A stretch of 64,000 bases of DNA from Candidatus Poribacteria bacterium. GTDB taxonomy: Bacteria > Poribacteria > WGA-4E > WGA-3G. This document shows positions 52,062 to 61,979 of the stretch, piece after piece. The DNA lies in the NCBI GenBank assembly GCA_965242965.1, contig OZ251518.1:1920001-1984000 (forward strand). Direction: 5' to 3'. The translations under genes were made by a program, and so were the position numbers. The notes below the pieces were generated by a model. That model worked only from the letters and a program-made list of their open reading frames with translations, was not told the DNA's origin and made no database searches. How positions within the stretch are numbered: the first letter of the stretch is position 1; the number at the start of each line of letters is the position of its first letter.

Positions 52062-54134
52062 ATGGGAAAATGGAAAGTTATCACAATTATCGTCGCGGCA
52101 GTCGTTGTCGTGGGGGCTGCAGTCGCTGTCGGCCGCATCGTCTTTGCAACGAAGGAAGGAAACGGAAGCAACAATGCCGATGCACCGGCAATCCAAACGG
52201 CGACGGTGGAACGGGGTAACATCGCCGTGACTATTGACGCAACCGGCACCATCAAACCGCTGAATATCGTTGAAGTCAGCTCCAAAGCCAGTGGGAAGAT
52301 TTTGGAACTGAAAGTGGATGCCGGCGATTACGTTGAGCAGGACGACATCATCGCGGTGATTGAAACGACTTACGTGCAGATTAGCCTTGAGCAGGCGGAG
52401 GCAGATCTACGTGCCTCCCAAGCACGCTTGCAACAGGCAGAGATTGATATCCAACTCCAGCGCGAGCAGTCGGAAATCCAAATTCGGCAGGCACGCGAAG
52501 CACTCGCCGAAGCCGAAAAACGGCTGGAACAACTCACCGAACAGATTCGGTTAGAGAAGATAGCCAACAAACGCGGCATCATGGATGCCGAAAACAGCCT
52601 GAAAATGGCGAACATCCGATACAAATTGCTCACTTCGGAAGAAGTCCGAGAGGAAACGAAGGGACGCGCGCAAGCTACCGTTGAGCAAGACCTGGCGAAC
52701 TTCGATCTGGCGAAAGCGGAGCATGAACGGAATCAGCGGCTTTTTGAGAAACAGCTGATTTCACAAGCGGCGTTAGATGCCTCACGCGCGCAGCTGCGTG
52801 CCGCCGATGCACGCTATAAATCCTCGGTGGAGCAACTCAAGTTAGTGGAGCAGCCGGCGAGTGCGGCGGAATTGGAATTGGCGCGCGCCGATATTAAAAA
52901 GGCGGAATTCGCGCTGGAAGTCGCTAATGAACGCGTGGCAGCCGAAGAATCACGGGATATGGACATTCCGTTGCAGAAAAATCGCATCGCACAAGCACAA
53001 GACGCGCTCAAACTCGCTGTCACAAACCAGAAGCAGATCGATCGGAAGGAACGCGACTTGGAGACAGCGCGCGCCTCTCTCAAACGCAGCCAAGGCCAAC
53101 TCGATCTTCGGAAAATCGAATACGAGGATACCGTCATCAAAGCACCCATCTCCGGCACCGTTCTCGAGAAAAAAGTTGAAGAAGGACAGGTTATCACCTC
53201 ACGTCTTTCTTCACTCGCCTCTTCTGAAGGACAAACAATCGTGACGATGGCGGACCTGGATACTGTCTACGTCGTCACTGAAGTTGACGAAACGGACATC
53301 GGCAAGGTGCAAATCGGACAGCCGGTGACGATTACGGTAGAGGCGTATCCGGACATGCCGTTTGAAGGCGAAGTCCTGAAAATCGCACCACAGGGACAAG
53401 TGATTCAGAATATCACTACGTTTGAGGTTACCTCTGAATTGAAAAACGTTGATGCGCGCGGCGCATCGCGTGGGCAAGCGGACAGGCAAAGGGGCCGCGC
53501 TGGCCGTGACATGGGCAATCTGACAGCGGAACAACGCGAACGTTTCCGTGCGATGCGCCAGCAGGGCCAAGGTGGCACCGGCTGGCCTCCAGCGCGCGCA
53601 GAAACACCGGTGCAGACAGATGCACCAACTATCGAGAAAACAGAAGAAGCGGCAAAAACAGAGGAAACAGAAGAAGCAGCGGAAGCAGCGGAAACAGAGG
53701 ACTGGGGTAGTCTCTTCGGCGGCTTTTTTGAAGAACCGCCTGCGGTATCTCGCGTTCCAGCGGAACAAACGCAACCTGATGCCGAGAAGATGCCGTTTCT
53801 CAAGCCGGGCATGAACGCCTCTGTCCAAATCTCTGCAGTTAACAAGACAGGCATTCTGACGTTGCCGAATGAGGCACTGCTTGATATGCGCGGGCGGAAA
53901 ATGGTGCGAATCATTGGGGCAGATGGACAGCCTGGCCGTCCGCAGCCTGTTGTCGCTGGCGTGAGCAGTTTTGATAAAACTGAGATTCTCTCTGGGCTCA
54001 CCGAGGGAGATGTCGTCGCCATCGGCGGTTTTCAACGCGGTGGTGGCAGAAGTGAAGAGTGGCGGCGCAGGATGCAGAACCCGGCTGCCACGGTGCGCCG
54101 GATGGGCGGCGGTGGCGGCCCGAGAGGCAGATAA
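52062..54134 (+). CDS. MacA-like periplasmic adaptor (membrane fusion) protein with long helical hairpin and a low-complexity insertion
   Basis: TM anchor, ATGTIKP..VSSKASGKI, APISGTV, EVDETDIGKV..GQ, LKPGMNA. Confidence 0.9.
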   Translation: MGKWKVITIIVAAVVVVGAAVAVGRIVFATKEGNGSNNADAPAIQTATVERGNIAVTIDATGTIKPLNIVEVSSKASGKILELKVDAGDYVEQDDIIAVIETTYVQISLEQAEADLRASQARLQQAEIDIQLQREQSEIQIRQAREALAEAEKRLEQLTEQIRLEKIANKRGIMDAENSLKMANIRYKLLTSEEVREETKGRAQATVEQDLANFDLAKAEHERNQRLFEKQLISQAALDASRAQLRAADARYKSSVEQLKLVEQPASAAELELARADIKKAEFALEVANERVAAEESRDMDIPLQKNRIAQAQDALKLAVTNQKQIDRKERDLETARASLKRSQGQLDLRKIEYEDTVIKAPISGTVLEKKVEEGQVITSRLSSLASSEGQTIVTMADLDTVYVVTEVDETDIGKVQIGQPVTITVEAYPDMPFEGEVLKIAPQGQVIQNITTFEVTSELKNVDARGASRGQADRQRGRAGRDMGNLTAEQRERFRAMRQQGQGGTGWPPARAETPVQTDAPTIEKTEEAAKTEETEEAAEAAETEDWGSLFGGFFEEPPAVSRVPAEQTQPDAEKMPFLKPGMNASVQISAVNKTGILTLPNEALLDMRGRKMVRIIGADGQPGRPQPVVAGVSSFDKTEILSGLTEGDVVAIGGFQRGGGRSEEWRRRMQNPAATVRRMGGGGGPRGR

Positions 54135-54158
54135 ACGCGAACAGCAAGGAGGAAAACG

Positions 54159-55370
54159 ATGAGTATTTTGGAAAGTTTTGCCAACGCGCTCCGTAGCTTA
54201 TTGGCAAATAAACTCCGCTCTATTTTGACGATGCTAGGCGTTATCATCGGTGTCGGCGCGATTATCACCACCACCTCAATCGGGGAAGGCGCGAAGGCGG
54301 ACATCACCGAACGCATTTCGACATTGGGCGCGAACATCCTCGCTGTCCGACCCGGGCAAAGCCGATTTCGGGGACGCAGTTCAGCCGACTCGCGGAAAAG
54401 TCTCACCGTGGAAGACATCGCCACGTTACAGGCGCGAGGCAAAAGTTTCGGCTATGTTACGCCGGAGCTGAGCAATCGCGCACAGGTGAAATACCTGAAT
54501 AAGAACACGAACACTACTATCGTCGGAACGTCACCGGAATATTTGGTGACAGCGAATTTTACGGTAGAGAACGGCAGTTTTTTCACAGAACACGATATTC
54601 GCTATCGTCAGCGTGTTTGTGTGCTAGGCAAAACCGTCGCCGATGACCTGTTTGGTTCGGCATCCCCGGTCGGCAAGAAGCTCAAGATTCGGAATATCGG
54701 GTTTCACGTTCTCGGCGTGATGAAAGAGAAGGGGGCCAGCGGCTGGCGTAACCCCGATGACCAGGTTTTCATCCCGTATTCAACGGCGATGAAGCGGGTT
54801 TTCGGTTCAGAGTATCTCTCCAGCATCAGCATCCAAGCGAACGATGAAAATCTCCTTCAGACAGCCGAAACGGAGGTAACCGAGTTACTCCGCAAGCAGC
54901 ACAAAATCGCCGCGAATAAGGAACTCGATTTTCACGTCAGGAACCAAGCGGAGTTCATGGAAACGTTGGAGGAATCGAGTCAGACGTTTACCAACATGAT
55001 TTTAGGTATCGCTGTCGTCTCGCTAATTGTCGGTGGGATTGGGATTATGAACATCATGTTGGTTTCTGTCACGGAGCGGACGAAGGAGATTGGTTTGCGG
55101 AAAGCAGTGGGCGCGCAGCGGACAGATATCCTCTTCCAATTCCTCGTTGAATCGACGACATTGGCATTAGTCGGTGGCATTGTCGGTGTCGGCGTGGGGA
55201 TAATCGGTGCGGATATGGTGCCGTCGCTTTGGGGTTGGCGCACCGTTATCTCGCCGGTGTATGGCATCCTCTCCTTTGTGGTGAGTGCGCTCGTTGGCGT
55301 TTTCTTTGGCGCGTATCCGGCATGGAAAGCGGCGAAGCTTCATCCTATTGATGCACTCAGACATGAGTAG
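54159..55370 (+). CDS. MacB/FtsX-like ABC transporter permease
   Basis: NKLRSILTMLGVIIGV, GGIGIMNIMLVSVTERTKEIGLRKAVGA, YPAWKAAKLHPIDALR. Confidence 0.95.
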   Translation: MSILESFANALRSLLANKLRSILTMLGVIIGVGAIITTTSIGEGAKADITERISTLGANILAVRPGQSRFRGRSSADSRKSLTVEDIATLQARGKSFGYVTPELSNRAQVKYLNKNTNTTIVGTSPEYLVTANFTVENGSFFTEHDIRYRQRVCVLGKTVADDLFGSASPVGKKLKIRNIGFHVLGVMKEKGASGWRNPDDQVFIPYSTAMKRVFGSEYLSSISIQANDENLLQTAETEVTELLRKQHKIAANKELDFHVRNQAEFMETLEESSQTFTNMILGIAVVSLIVGGIGIMNIMLVSVTERTKEIGLRKAVGAQRTDILFQFLVESTTLALVGGIVGVGVGIIGADMVPSLWGWRTVISPVYGILSFVVSALVGVFFGAYPAWKAAKLHPIDALRHE

Positions 55371-55558
55371 GCGGGACATTCTTGTCCCGATACGTCTTCG
55401 GTAGGAGGGACATCCTTGTCCCGAATCGAGACCGGGAGGTCTCTCCTACGGGGACATCACTTGCATCGAGACCGGGAGGTCTCTCCTACGGATGTCCGGA
55501 TAGGCGGGACATCCTTGTCCCGATACGTCTTCAGTAGGCGGGACATCCTTGTCCCGAT
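55367..55558. repeat. C- and B-type GTAG palindrome array
   Basis: The first unit supplies the permease stop. Confidence 0.88.
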
Positions 55559-55614
55559 GATTTTGAACGGTTCAATCTACAAACGCATAAAATAAAATGA
55601 ATAAAGGAGTCAAT

Positions 55615-56331
55615 ATGTCCAAAATAGCAGTTATTTCCGGCGTGGGCCCCGGATTAGGCGCGGCCCTCGCGCGTAAGTTTGCCGACGAAGGCTGTCGCGT
55701 CGCGTTGCTTGCGCGCTCGGCCGCCTACATTCACCATTTGGAAAGAAAATTGGCGGAGACAGGTGGGACAGCCTTACCTATCCCGACAGACATTACGGAT
55801 GGTGCGCAGGTGGCGCGAAGTTTTGCTCGGATTCGTGAGGAATTCGGTGCGCCTGATATTCTGATTAATCATGCGGGTAACGCGGCATGGGGCACTTTCG
55901 CGAACCTCACGCCGGAGGCGTTTGAAGGTTCGTGGCGGGTTTGCACACTCGGTGGGTTCCTGTGTTCCAAACAAGTGGTGCCGGGCATGCTTGAGAAAGG
56001 CGGGGGTTGCATTCTATTTACGGGTGCGACTTCTTCGGTGCGCGGGCGCGCGGGCGCGTTAGCGTTCAGCAGTGCGAAGTTTGCGACGCGCGGCTTGGCA
56101 TCGGCACTCGCTCGCGAGGTAGGCCCACACGGTATCCACGTCGCGCACGTGATTATTGATGGGGTGATTGATACCCCAGGGATTCGGGAACGGTATCAAC
56201 TGAAACCGAATGAGCCGCTGCTCGCGCCGGATGCGATTGCGGAGACGTATTGGGCTTTGGCGCAGCAGGAGCGGAGTGCGTGGACTTTTGAGGTGGATGT
56301 CCGGCCTCATAATGAGGAATTTTTCACTTAA
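55615..56331 (+). CDS. SDR family oxidoreductase
   Basis: SGVGPGLG, INHAG, FTGATSS, HVAHVIIDG. Confidence 0.92.
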   Translation: MSKIAVISGVGPGLGAALARKFADEGCRVALLARSAAYIHHLERKLAETGGTALPIPTDITDGAQVARSFARIREEFGAPDILINHAGNAAWGTFANLTPEAFEGSWRVCTLGGFLCSKQVVPGMLEKGGGCILFTGATSSVRGRAGALAFSSAKFATRGLASALAREVGPHGIHVAHVIIDGVIDTPGIRERYQLKPNEPLLAPDAIAETYWALAQQERSAWTFEVDVRPHNEEFFT

Positions 56332-56419
56332 GGACAAAATGGCCGCGGGGTCGGAGGGTGTGGGAAACTTGTCTTATTTTCCCTTTTTGTTGAGGGTGTT
56401 TCATAAATCGATGGAACCT

Positions 56420-56951
56420 CCCGGTAGGAGAGACCTCCCGGTCTCGATTTCTTCCTGTCGGTGCGCTGTCCCGTTCTCGATGTAAGCGATGTCCCCGGTA
56501 GGAGAGACCTCCCGGTCTCGATGTGCCCGTAGCGCGGGGGCCTGTCCCCCGCGTTGCCCATCGGCAAGCGGTGGCGTTTTAGGTCCTTTAGGTCCTTAAT
56601 GTCTATAGAAAAACGTGTCGTCCCATTTTCAAGGGCCTTTAGGTCCTTAATAAAAAACACGCGCGGCCCTGGCAAAAACTATTAAGGACCTAAAGGACCT
56701 TAGGATTCTCCGCAGGCGCGCGGGCTATAGACATTAAGGTCCTACGGACCTAAGAACCGTTTTTTTCGTCGTGCGGGGGCCCTCGGATGCCATACGCGCA
56801 TCCGAGAGGGTTTCCCCCGCGAGCGTTGGAGTGCGCTGACGATAGCGAGGGACAAGTTTTCCTACCGCCCTACGATGAAGGGGGGGCTTTTTCGCCGCGG
56901 CCCCGGTAGGCGCGCTGCCCTATTGCATCGAGACCGGGAGGTCTCTCCTAC
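56420..56951. repeat. Mosaic array with four-hairpin element (56580-56752)
   Basis: Read directly from the sequence. Confidence 0.88.
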
Positions 56952-56986
56952 GGGGATGCATCGAGATATGACACACCCTCACTTCC

Positions 56987-57766
56987 CTACTGCTGCTTTG
57001 AAAGCAAGTCGAGAATCTTGTTCAGCATCGGGAAGAGCCTTTCGGTGAGGGCTTTTATCTCCACATAACGTCCCGATACGTTCTCGACTTTCCCCCGCAA
57101 TTTTGTGATTGCTTCGCCTTTTGCAAGCAGTTCCTTGTGGATTCCGTCGTTTTCCTTGCGGAGTTGCCGGTTTTCCTCGTGAAGATTCGCCACGCTTTGG
57201 CGGAGTTCTTCGTTTTCTGCTTGCACGACATCGAGTTGCTTGTGGAGTTCGCCGTTGTCCACTTGCACGGCCTCGAGTTGCAGGCGGAGTTCTCCATTTT
57301 CCGCTTGCACGGCATTGAATCGCCGGTCAGCGGCACTTTGAAATTCCCGCTGTTGCTGGCGAAGTTCTTCGTTTTCCGCTTGCACGGCATTGAATCGACG
57401 GTCAGCGGCACTCTGGAATTCCCGTTGTTGCAGGCGGAGTTCTCCGTTTTCCGCTTGCACGGCATCAAGTTGCAGGCGGAGTTGTTCGCATTCCGCTTGC
57501 ACGGCATTGAGCTGCAGGCGAAGTTCTGCGTTCTCCGCTTGCACGGCATTGAGCTGCAGGCGGAGTTCTGCGTTTTCCGCTTGCAAAACATCGAGTCGCT
57601 GGTGGAGTTCTGCGTTTTTCTCGCGGAGTTCTTCGTTCCCCTTTTGGAGTTCCTCGTTCGCCTTCTGAAGGGCGTTGCATCGCCGATACAACAGGAACAA
57701 TCCCAGGAAACTAAAACTAAACACGCCTATGTCAAAAATTGTCACATTGAACCAAACCAGATCCAT
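56987..57766 (-). CDS. Membrane-anchored long coiled-coil protein with 14-aa tandem repeats
   Basis: AAGGAGG SD, N-terminal TM, repeats of (N/D)AVQAENxELRLQL (42 nt). Confidence 0.8.
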   Translation of the reverse strand: MDLVWFNVTIFDIGVFSFSFLGLFLLYRRCNALQKANEELQKGNEELREKNAELHQRLDVLQAENAELRLQLNAVQAENAELRLQLNAVQAECEQLRLQLDAVQAENGELRLQQREFQSAADRRFNAVQAENEELRQQQREFQSAADRRFNAVQAENGELRLQLEAVQVDNGELHKQLDVVQAENEELRQSVANLHEENRQLRKENDGIHKELLAKGEAITKLRGKVENVSGRYVEIKALTERLFPMLNKILDLLSKQQ

Positions 57767-57890
57767 TTCTAATCCTCCTTGTTTTGGAACATTTTTTTTC
57801 GATGCACATTGCCAAAAGCAGTGCATATAATTAGGATACCACAGTTGAGTTTCATTTGTCAAGTTTTTTTCAAGAGATTCATAACAAAAT

Positions 57891-57919
57891 TTGACTTTTT
57901 AATAAATATAAGGTATAAT
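57891..57919 (+). promoter_or_regulatory. Promoter TTGACT-17-TATAAT for the cysK cluster
   Basis: Consensus match. Divergent TTGACA-18-TATCCT at 57833-57862. Confidence 0.7.
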
Positions 57920-57960
57920 TAACGTATTCAATAGGGAGAAGTGCCGCGCGCTACAACGAA

Positions 57961-58908
57961 ATGAAAGCCAAAAACCTGACGCAGCTCATCGGGAATACAC
58001 CTACAATTCGCCTGAATGCCTTGACTGGCACGGAATCTGCCACCCTCTATGCAAAGTTGGAGGCATACAACCCCGGCGGCAGTATCAAGGACAGGATTAG
58101 TTACGCGATGATAATTGATGCTGAAGAACGCGGCATTCTGCGTAAAGGCGATACTATCGTCGAACCGACAGCTGGTAACACCGGGTTGGGGCTCTCCCTT
58201 GTCGGCATCGCGCGCGGCTATCCGGTGATTTTGACGATGCCGGAGAACGTCAGCAGCGAGAAATACGCGCTGCTCTCCGCATTCGGTGCCAAAATCGTCC
58301 TAACACCGGAACATGGCGGAATGGCCAGTGCTATCTGGAAGGCGGAAGAAATTGTCCGCCAGCATCCAAGGCACTATATGCCGAACCAGTTCACGAATCC
58401 CGCGAATCCAGAGATTCACCGCTGCACTACGGCTGTCGAGATTCTCAAGGATATCGGGACAGACATCGATTTTTTCGTCGCTGGCGTGGGGACAGGCGGC
58501 ACGCTGACAGGTGTCGGGGAAGTGCTAAAGGCGCACTGTCCAGATGTCAAAATCGTCGCCGTAGAGCCGCGGGTTTCAGCGGTGCTATCCGGTGGCAGCC
58601 CGGGGCCAACGCGAATTGATGGCCTCGGCGCGGGGATGATTCCGCAAGTTTTAAACGTAGATATCATTGACGATGTTATCACAGTGCCAGAAGAGGTAGC
58701 TTACGAAATGATGAAGACGCTGTCCCGCCGCGAAGGCTTGCTCGTCGGCATGTCGTCCGGCGCGAATGCCTATGCCGCGCTGAAAATCGCGAAACGCTGC
58801 GGGCCCGATAAAACCGTCGTCACTATTCTGCCAGACACGGGTGAACGCTACTTCAGTCTGAGTCGTTATTTTGAGGTTGAATCGGATATTATGGAGGCCC
58901 TGCCGTAG
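57961..58908 (+). CDS. cysK: Cysteine synthase (CysK/CysM family, PLP)
   Basis: IGNTP, NPGGSIKDR, GNTG, GVGTGGT, PDTGERY. Confidence 0.93.
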   Translation: MKAKNLTQLIGNTPTIRLNALTGTESATLYAKLEAYNPGGSIKDRISYAMIIDAEERGILRKGDTIVEPTAGNTGLGLSLVGIARGYPVILTMPENVSSEKYALLSAFGAKIVLTPEHGGMASAIWKAEEIVRQHPRHYMPNQFTNPANPEIHRCTTAVEILKDIGTDIDFFVAGVGTGGTLTGVGEVLKAHCPDVKIVAVEPRVSAVLSGGSPGPTRIDGLGAGMIPQVLNVDIIDDVITVPEEVAYEMMKTLSRREGLLVGMSSGANAYAALKIAKRCGPDKTVVTILPDTGERYFSLSRYFEVESDIMEALP

Positions 58909-59045
58909 GGAGCGCATCGTTCACCGTAGGGCGAGGGCCTGTCCCTCGCCATGCTGGCATCGTCTTCAACGCAGTTTCCCCGTAGGGCGAGGGCCTGTCC
59001 CTCGCCATGCTGGCATCGCCTTCAACGTAGGTGGTTAATACAATT

Positions 59046-59807
59046 ATGCAAACAATCAGCACTGCTTCTACCATAGATGAAGCACTTCGCCAAGAGATTC
59101 TCTTCACCGAGGAAGCACAGCAGATCCTCTTCTCGCTTTTTAAGCGGTTCAAGGAGCGCGCGGCGATTGTCACAAGTGGGCAGCTGTCGGGCATGGTGTT
59201 GATTCACTTGGCCGCAGAAAACCACTTACCGTTCCGGGTTTGCACGTTGGATACGCAACGTCTCTTCCCTGAAACCTACGCCTTTCTGGAGCAGGTTGAA
59301 GAACGATACGGCATCCAAATCGAACGGATTCAACCCGATGCAACGGAAGTCCAGCAGATGGTTTCGCAACACGGGGAATACCTGTTTTTCGACAGCAAGG
59401 CGAAGCAGGAGTACTGCTGTAACGTTCGGAAGGTCCGGCCGATGCAGCGACTTCTAAAAACGCTGGATGTCTGGATTACGGGGCTCCGCCGGGACCAGGC
59501 GGAATCGAGAGGGCAGCTCCCAAAAGCGGAAATCCTCACCTCTATGGCGCACCCTATCCTGAAAGTGAGTCCCCTCATCACATGGACGGCTGAGGAGGTG
59601 TGGCAGTTTATCCGTGACAACGACATCCCCGTGAATCCGTTGCTCACGCCGGATGTGCATGGGCACGTTTATGAATCGCTGGGATGCATGACATGCACCA
59701 CGCCGATTCGCCCGGGTGAACCGAAACGTGCAGGACGCTGGCGTTGGCAGAACGCCGCTTCTTCCGAAGAGAATCCCAAAGAGTGTGGTTTACACTATTC
59801 CATTTAA
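59046..59807 (+). CDS. cysH: APS/PAPS reductase (Fe-S, APS-type motifs)
   Basis: LDTQRLFPETY, CCNVRKV, WITGLRRDQ, SLGCMTCT, RAGRW, KECGLH. Confidence 0.92.
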   Translation: MQTISTASTIDEALRQEILFTEEAQQILFSLFKRFKERAAIVTSGQLSGMVLIHLAAENHLPFRVCTLDTQRLFPETYAFLEQVEERYGIQIERIQPDATEVQQMVSQHGEYLFFDSKAKQEYCCNVRKVRPMQRLLKTLDVWITGLRRDQAESRGQLPKAEILTSMAHPILKVSPLITWTAEEVWQFIRDNDIPVNPLLTPDVHGHVYESLGCMTCTTPIRPGEPKRAGRWRWQNAASSEENPKECGLHYSI

Positions 59808-59824
59808 GGAGAGAATTAACTATT

Positions 59825-60100
59825 ATGGCTATAACAGTCCGTATTCCAACGCCGCTGCGGCGGTTAACGCAAAACTTGGCAGAAGTTGCCGCCGAAGGTG
59901 CCGACATTGCAGGCATCATTGAGAACCTTGAAGCAAACTATCCAGGGATGAAGGAACGTCTCTGCGATGAAGCAGGAAATATCCGCAGATTCGTGAACGT
60001 CTATCTCGACGATGAGGACATCCGCTTCCTTGAAGGACCGGCTACGCCTGTCGCCGATGGCGCGGAAATTTCGATTATTCCCGCCATTGCCGGTGGATAG
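59825..60100 (+). CDS. MoaD/ThiS/CysO-family ubiquitin-like sulfur carrier
   Basis: VRIPTPLR, RRFVNVY...DIRFL, C-terminal IIPAIAGG. Confidence 0.93.
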   Translation: MAITVRIPTPLRRLTQNLAEVAAEGADIAGIIENLEANYPGMKERLCDEAGNIRRFVNVYLDDEDIRFLEGPATPVADGAEISIIPAIAGG

Positions 60101-60188
60101 ATACCGCTACGCGGTGGATGGACGTTGGCTGTTGCATCTTGCGCGCAAGTGCAAGTCGTCAACTCTGTCCGCCGCACGCCTGTCAAAC

Positions 60189-60662
60189 ATGTTCACTTTA
60201 CAACCCGAAACCCTCAACCAGATATATGCCCACGCGCGCGCCGATTTTCCCGAAGAATGTTGCGGCGTTATTCTGCACGCCGACGAAGACAGACAAGAAT
60301 TCGTCAGACAGTGCCGAAATATCCAGAATGCACTGCATGAAGAAGACCCGGGCAACTATCCGCGCGATGCACGCACCGCATATATTATGCATCCCGAAGA
60401 CCTCGGGGCCGTTCACAAAGAGGCGGAAACGCGACAGCGTCCGATTAAAGCGTTCTATCATTCGCACCCGAACCACAAGGCATATTTCTCGGAGAAAGAT
60501 AAGGCTGACGCGTTTATTAAGGAATGGGACATGCCTGCCTATCCGGGTGCTACCTATGTGGTCCTCTCCGTTTACGGCAGCGATATCCGCGATGTGAAAG
60601 CCTTCTCATGGGACGAAACTGCCGCTGATTTCATTGAAGTGCCGGTTCAAAAATCGCCATAG
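60189..60662 (+). CDS. JAB/MPN (Mec/M67) metallopeptidase
   Basis: PEECCG, YHSHP...YFS.KD JAMM motif. Confidence 0.9.
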   Translation: MFTLQPETLNQIYAHARADFPEECCGVILHADEDRQEFVRQCRNIQNALHEEDPGNYPRDARTAYIMHPEDLGAVHKEAETRQRPIKAFYHSHPNHKAYFSEKDKADAFIKEWDMPAYPGATYVVLSVYGSDIRDVKAFSWDETAADFIEVPVQKSP

Positions 60663-60733
60663 GCACGCATTTCATTCACTGGGAGGCGCGGTTTCCAACG
60701 GCGCGTCCCCCGGTCGCGAAAAGGAGCATCACG

Positions 60734-60973
60734 ATGACATCTTTAAGGGTTCGCCTAACATTTCCAACCGAAAAAGTGACTGAGCCTATCATCTACACCA
60801 TCGGACATCAGTATAAGGTAGTCACCAACATCCGCCGAGCGAACGTCACAGAGGAAGCCGGGTGGGTGATGCTAGAATTGCTGGGGCCGCCGGACGAAAT
60901 TGAACGCGCCGTGAATCACCTGAAAAACATCAACGTCCAGGTCGAACTCGTGGAAGGCGATGTCGTGCAATAG
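60734..60973 (+). CDS. NIL domain protein
   Basis: LTFP...EPII..IG....VTNIRRANV...GWVMLEL.G. Confidence 0.88.
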   Translation: MTSLRVRLTFPTEKVTEPIIYTIGHQYKVVTNIRRANVTEEAGWVMLELLGPPDEIERAVNHLKNINVQVELVEGDVVQ

Positions 60974-60976
60974 TCA

Positions 60977-61948
60977 CCGTAGGATGAAGCCGCCGCTGTT
61001 CAGTAGGAGAGACCTCCCGGTCTCGATGTTCCCCGTAGGAGAGACCTCCGGGTCTCGATGTGCCTATCGGGACAAGGATGTCCCTCCTACCCAGACACCC
61101 GTAGGAGAGCCCTCCGGGTCTCGATGTTCCCGTAGCGCGTGGGACAGGCCCCCGCGAGCGTTCAAGAACCGTTTTTTTTTCACCGTAGCGCGGGGGCCTG
61201 TCCCCCGCGATCTCTATCGTCACGAATCGTCTTAGGTCCGTTAGGACCTTAATGTCTATAGAAAAACGTGCCGTACCGTTGTCAAGGTCCTTTAGGTCCT
61301 GAATAAAAAACGCGCCGCATGGCAAAATCTATTAAGGACCTAAAGGACCTTAGCGTTCTTCGCGTTCGCGCGTGCTATAGACATTCAGGTCTTACAGACC
61401 TGAAGAGAACAAGAGACGTTTTTTCCAGAGCGCGGGCGATGGCGAGGGGAGCCCGCTCGCATGCGCGGATGGCATCCGAGGGCCCAAGCCCTACGATGAA
61501 GTGCCGTTTTTTTCCGTAGCGCGGGGGCCTGTCCCCCGCGAGCGTTGGGTTACGCAAGGCATGGCGAGGGACAGGCCCTCGCCCTACGATGAAGGGAAGG
61601 CGTTTTAGGTCCGTTAGGACCTTAATGTCTATAGAAAAACGTGCCGTACCGTTGTCAAGGTCCTTTAGGTCCTTAATCATGAAAACGCGCCGCATGGCAA
61701 AATCTATTAAGGACCTAAAGGACCTTAGCGTTCTTCGCGTTCGCGCGTGCTATAGACATTCAGGTCTTACAGACCTGAAGAGAACCAGAGACGTTTTTTC
61801 CATAGCGCGAGCGATGGCGAGGGAAACCCGCTCGCATGCGCGTATAGCATGCGAGGGCCCAAGCCCTACGGTGAAGGAAGGCTTTCTGCCACCGTGGCCC
61901 CGTGAGGCGCGCCGCCCTATTGCATCGAGACCAGGAGGTCTCTCCTAC
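60977..61948. repeat. Mosaic array with two near-identical four-hairpin elements (61233-61402, 61606-61777)
   Basis: Local duplication of about 270 bp. Confidence 0.9.
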
Positions 61949-61979
61949 TGCATCAAGACCCGAAAGGACAACGAAACCC

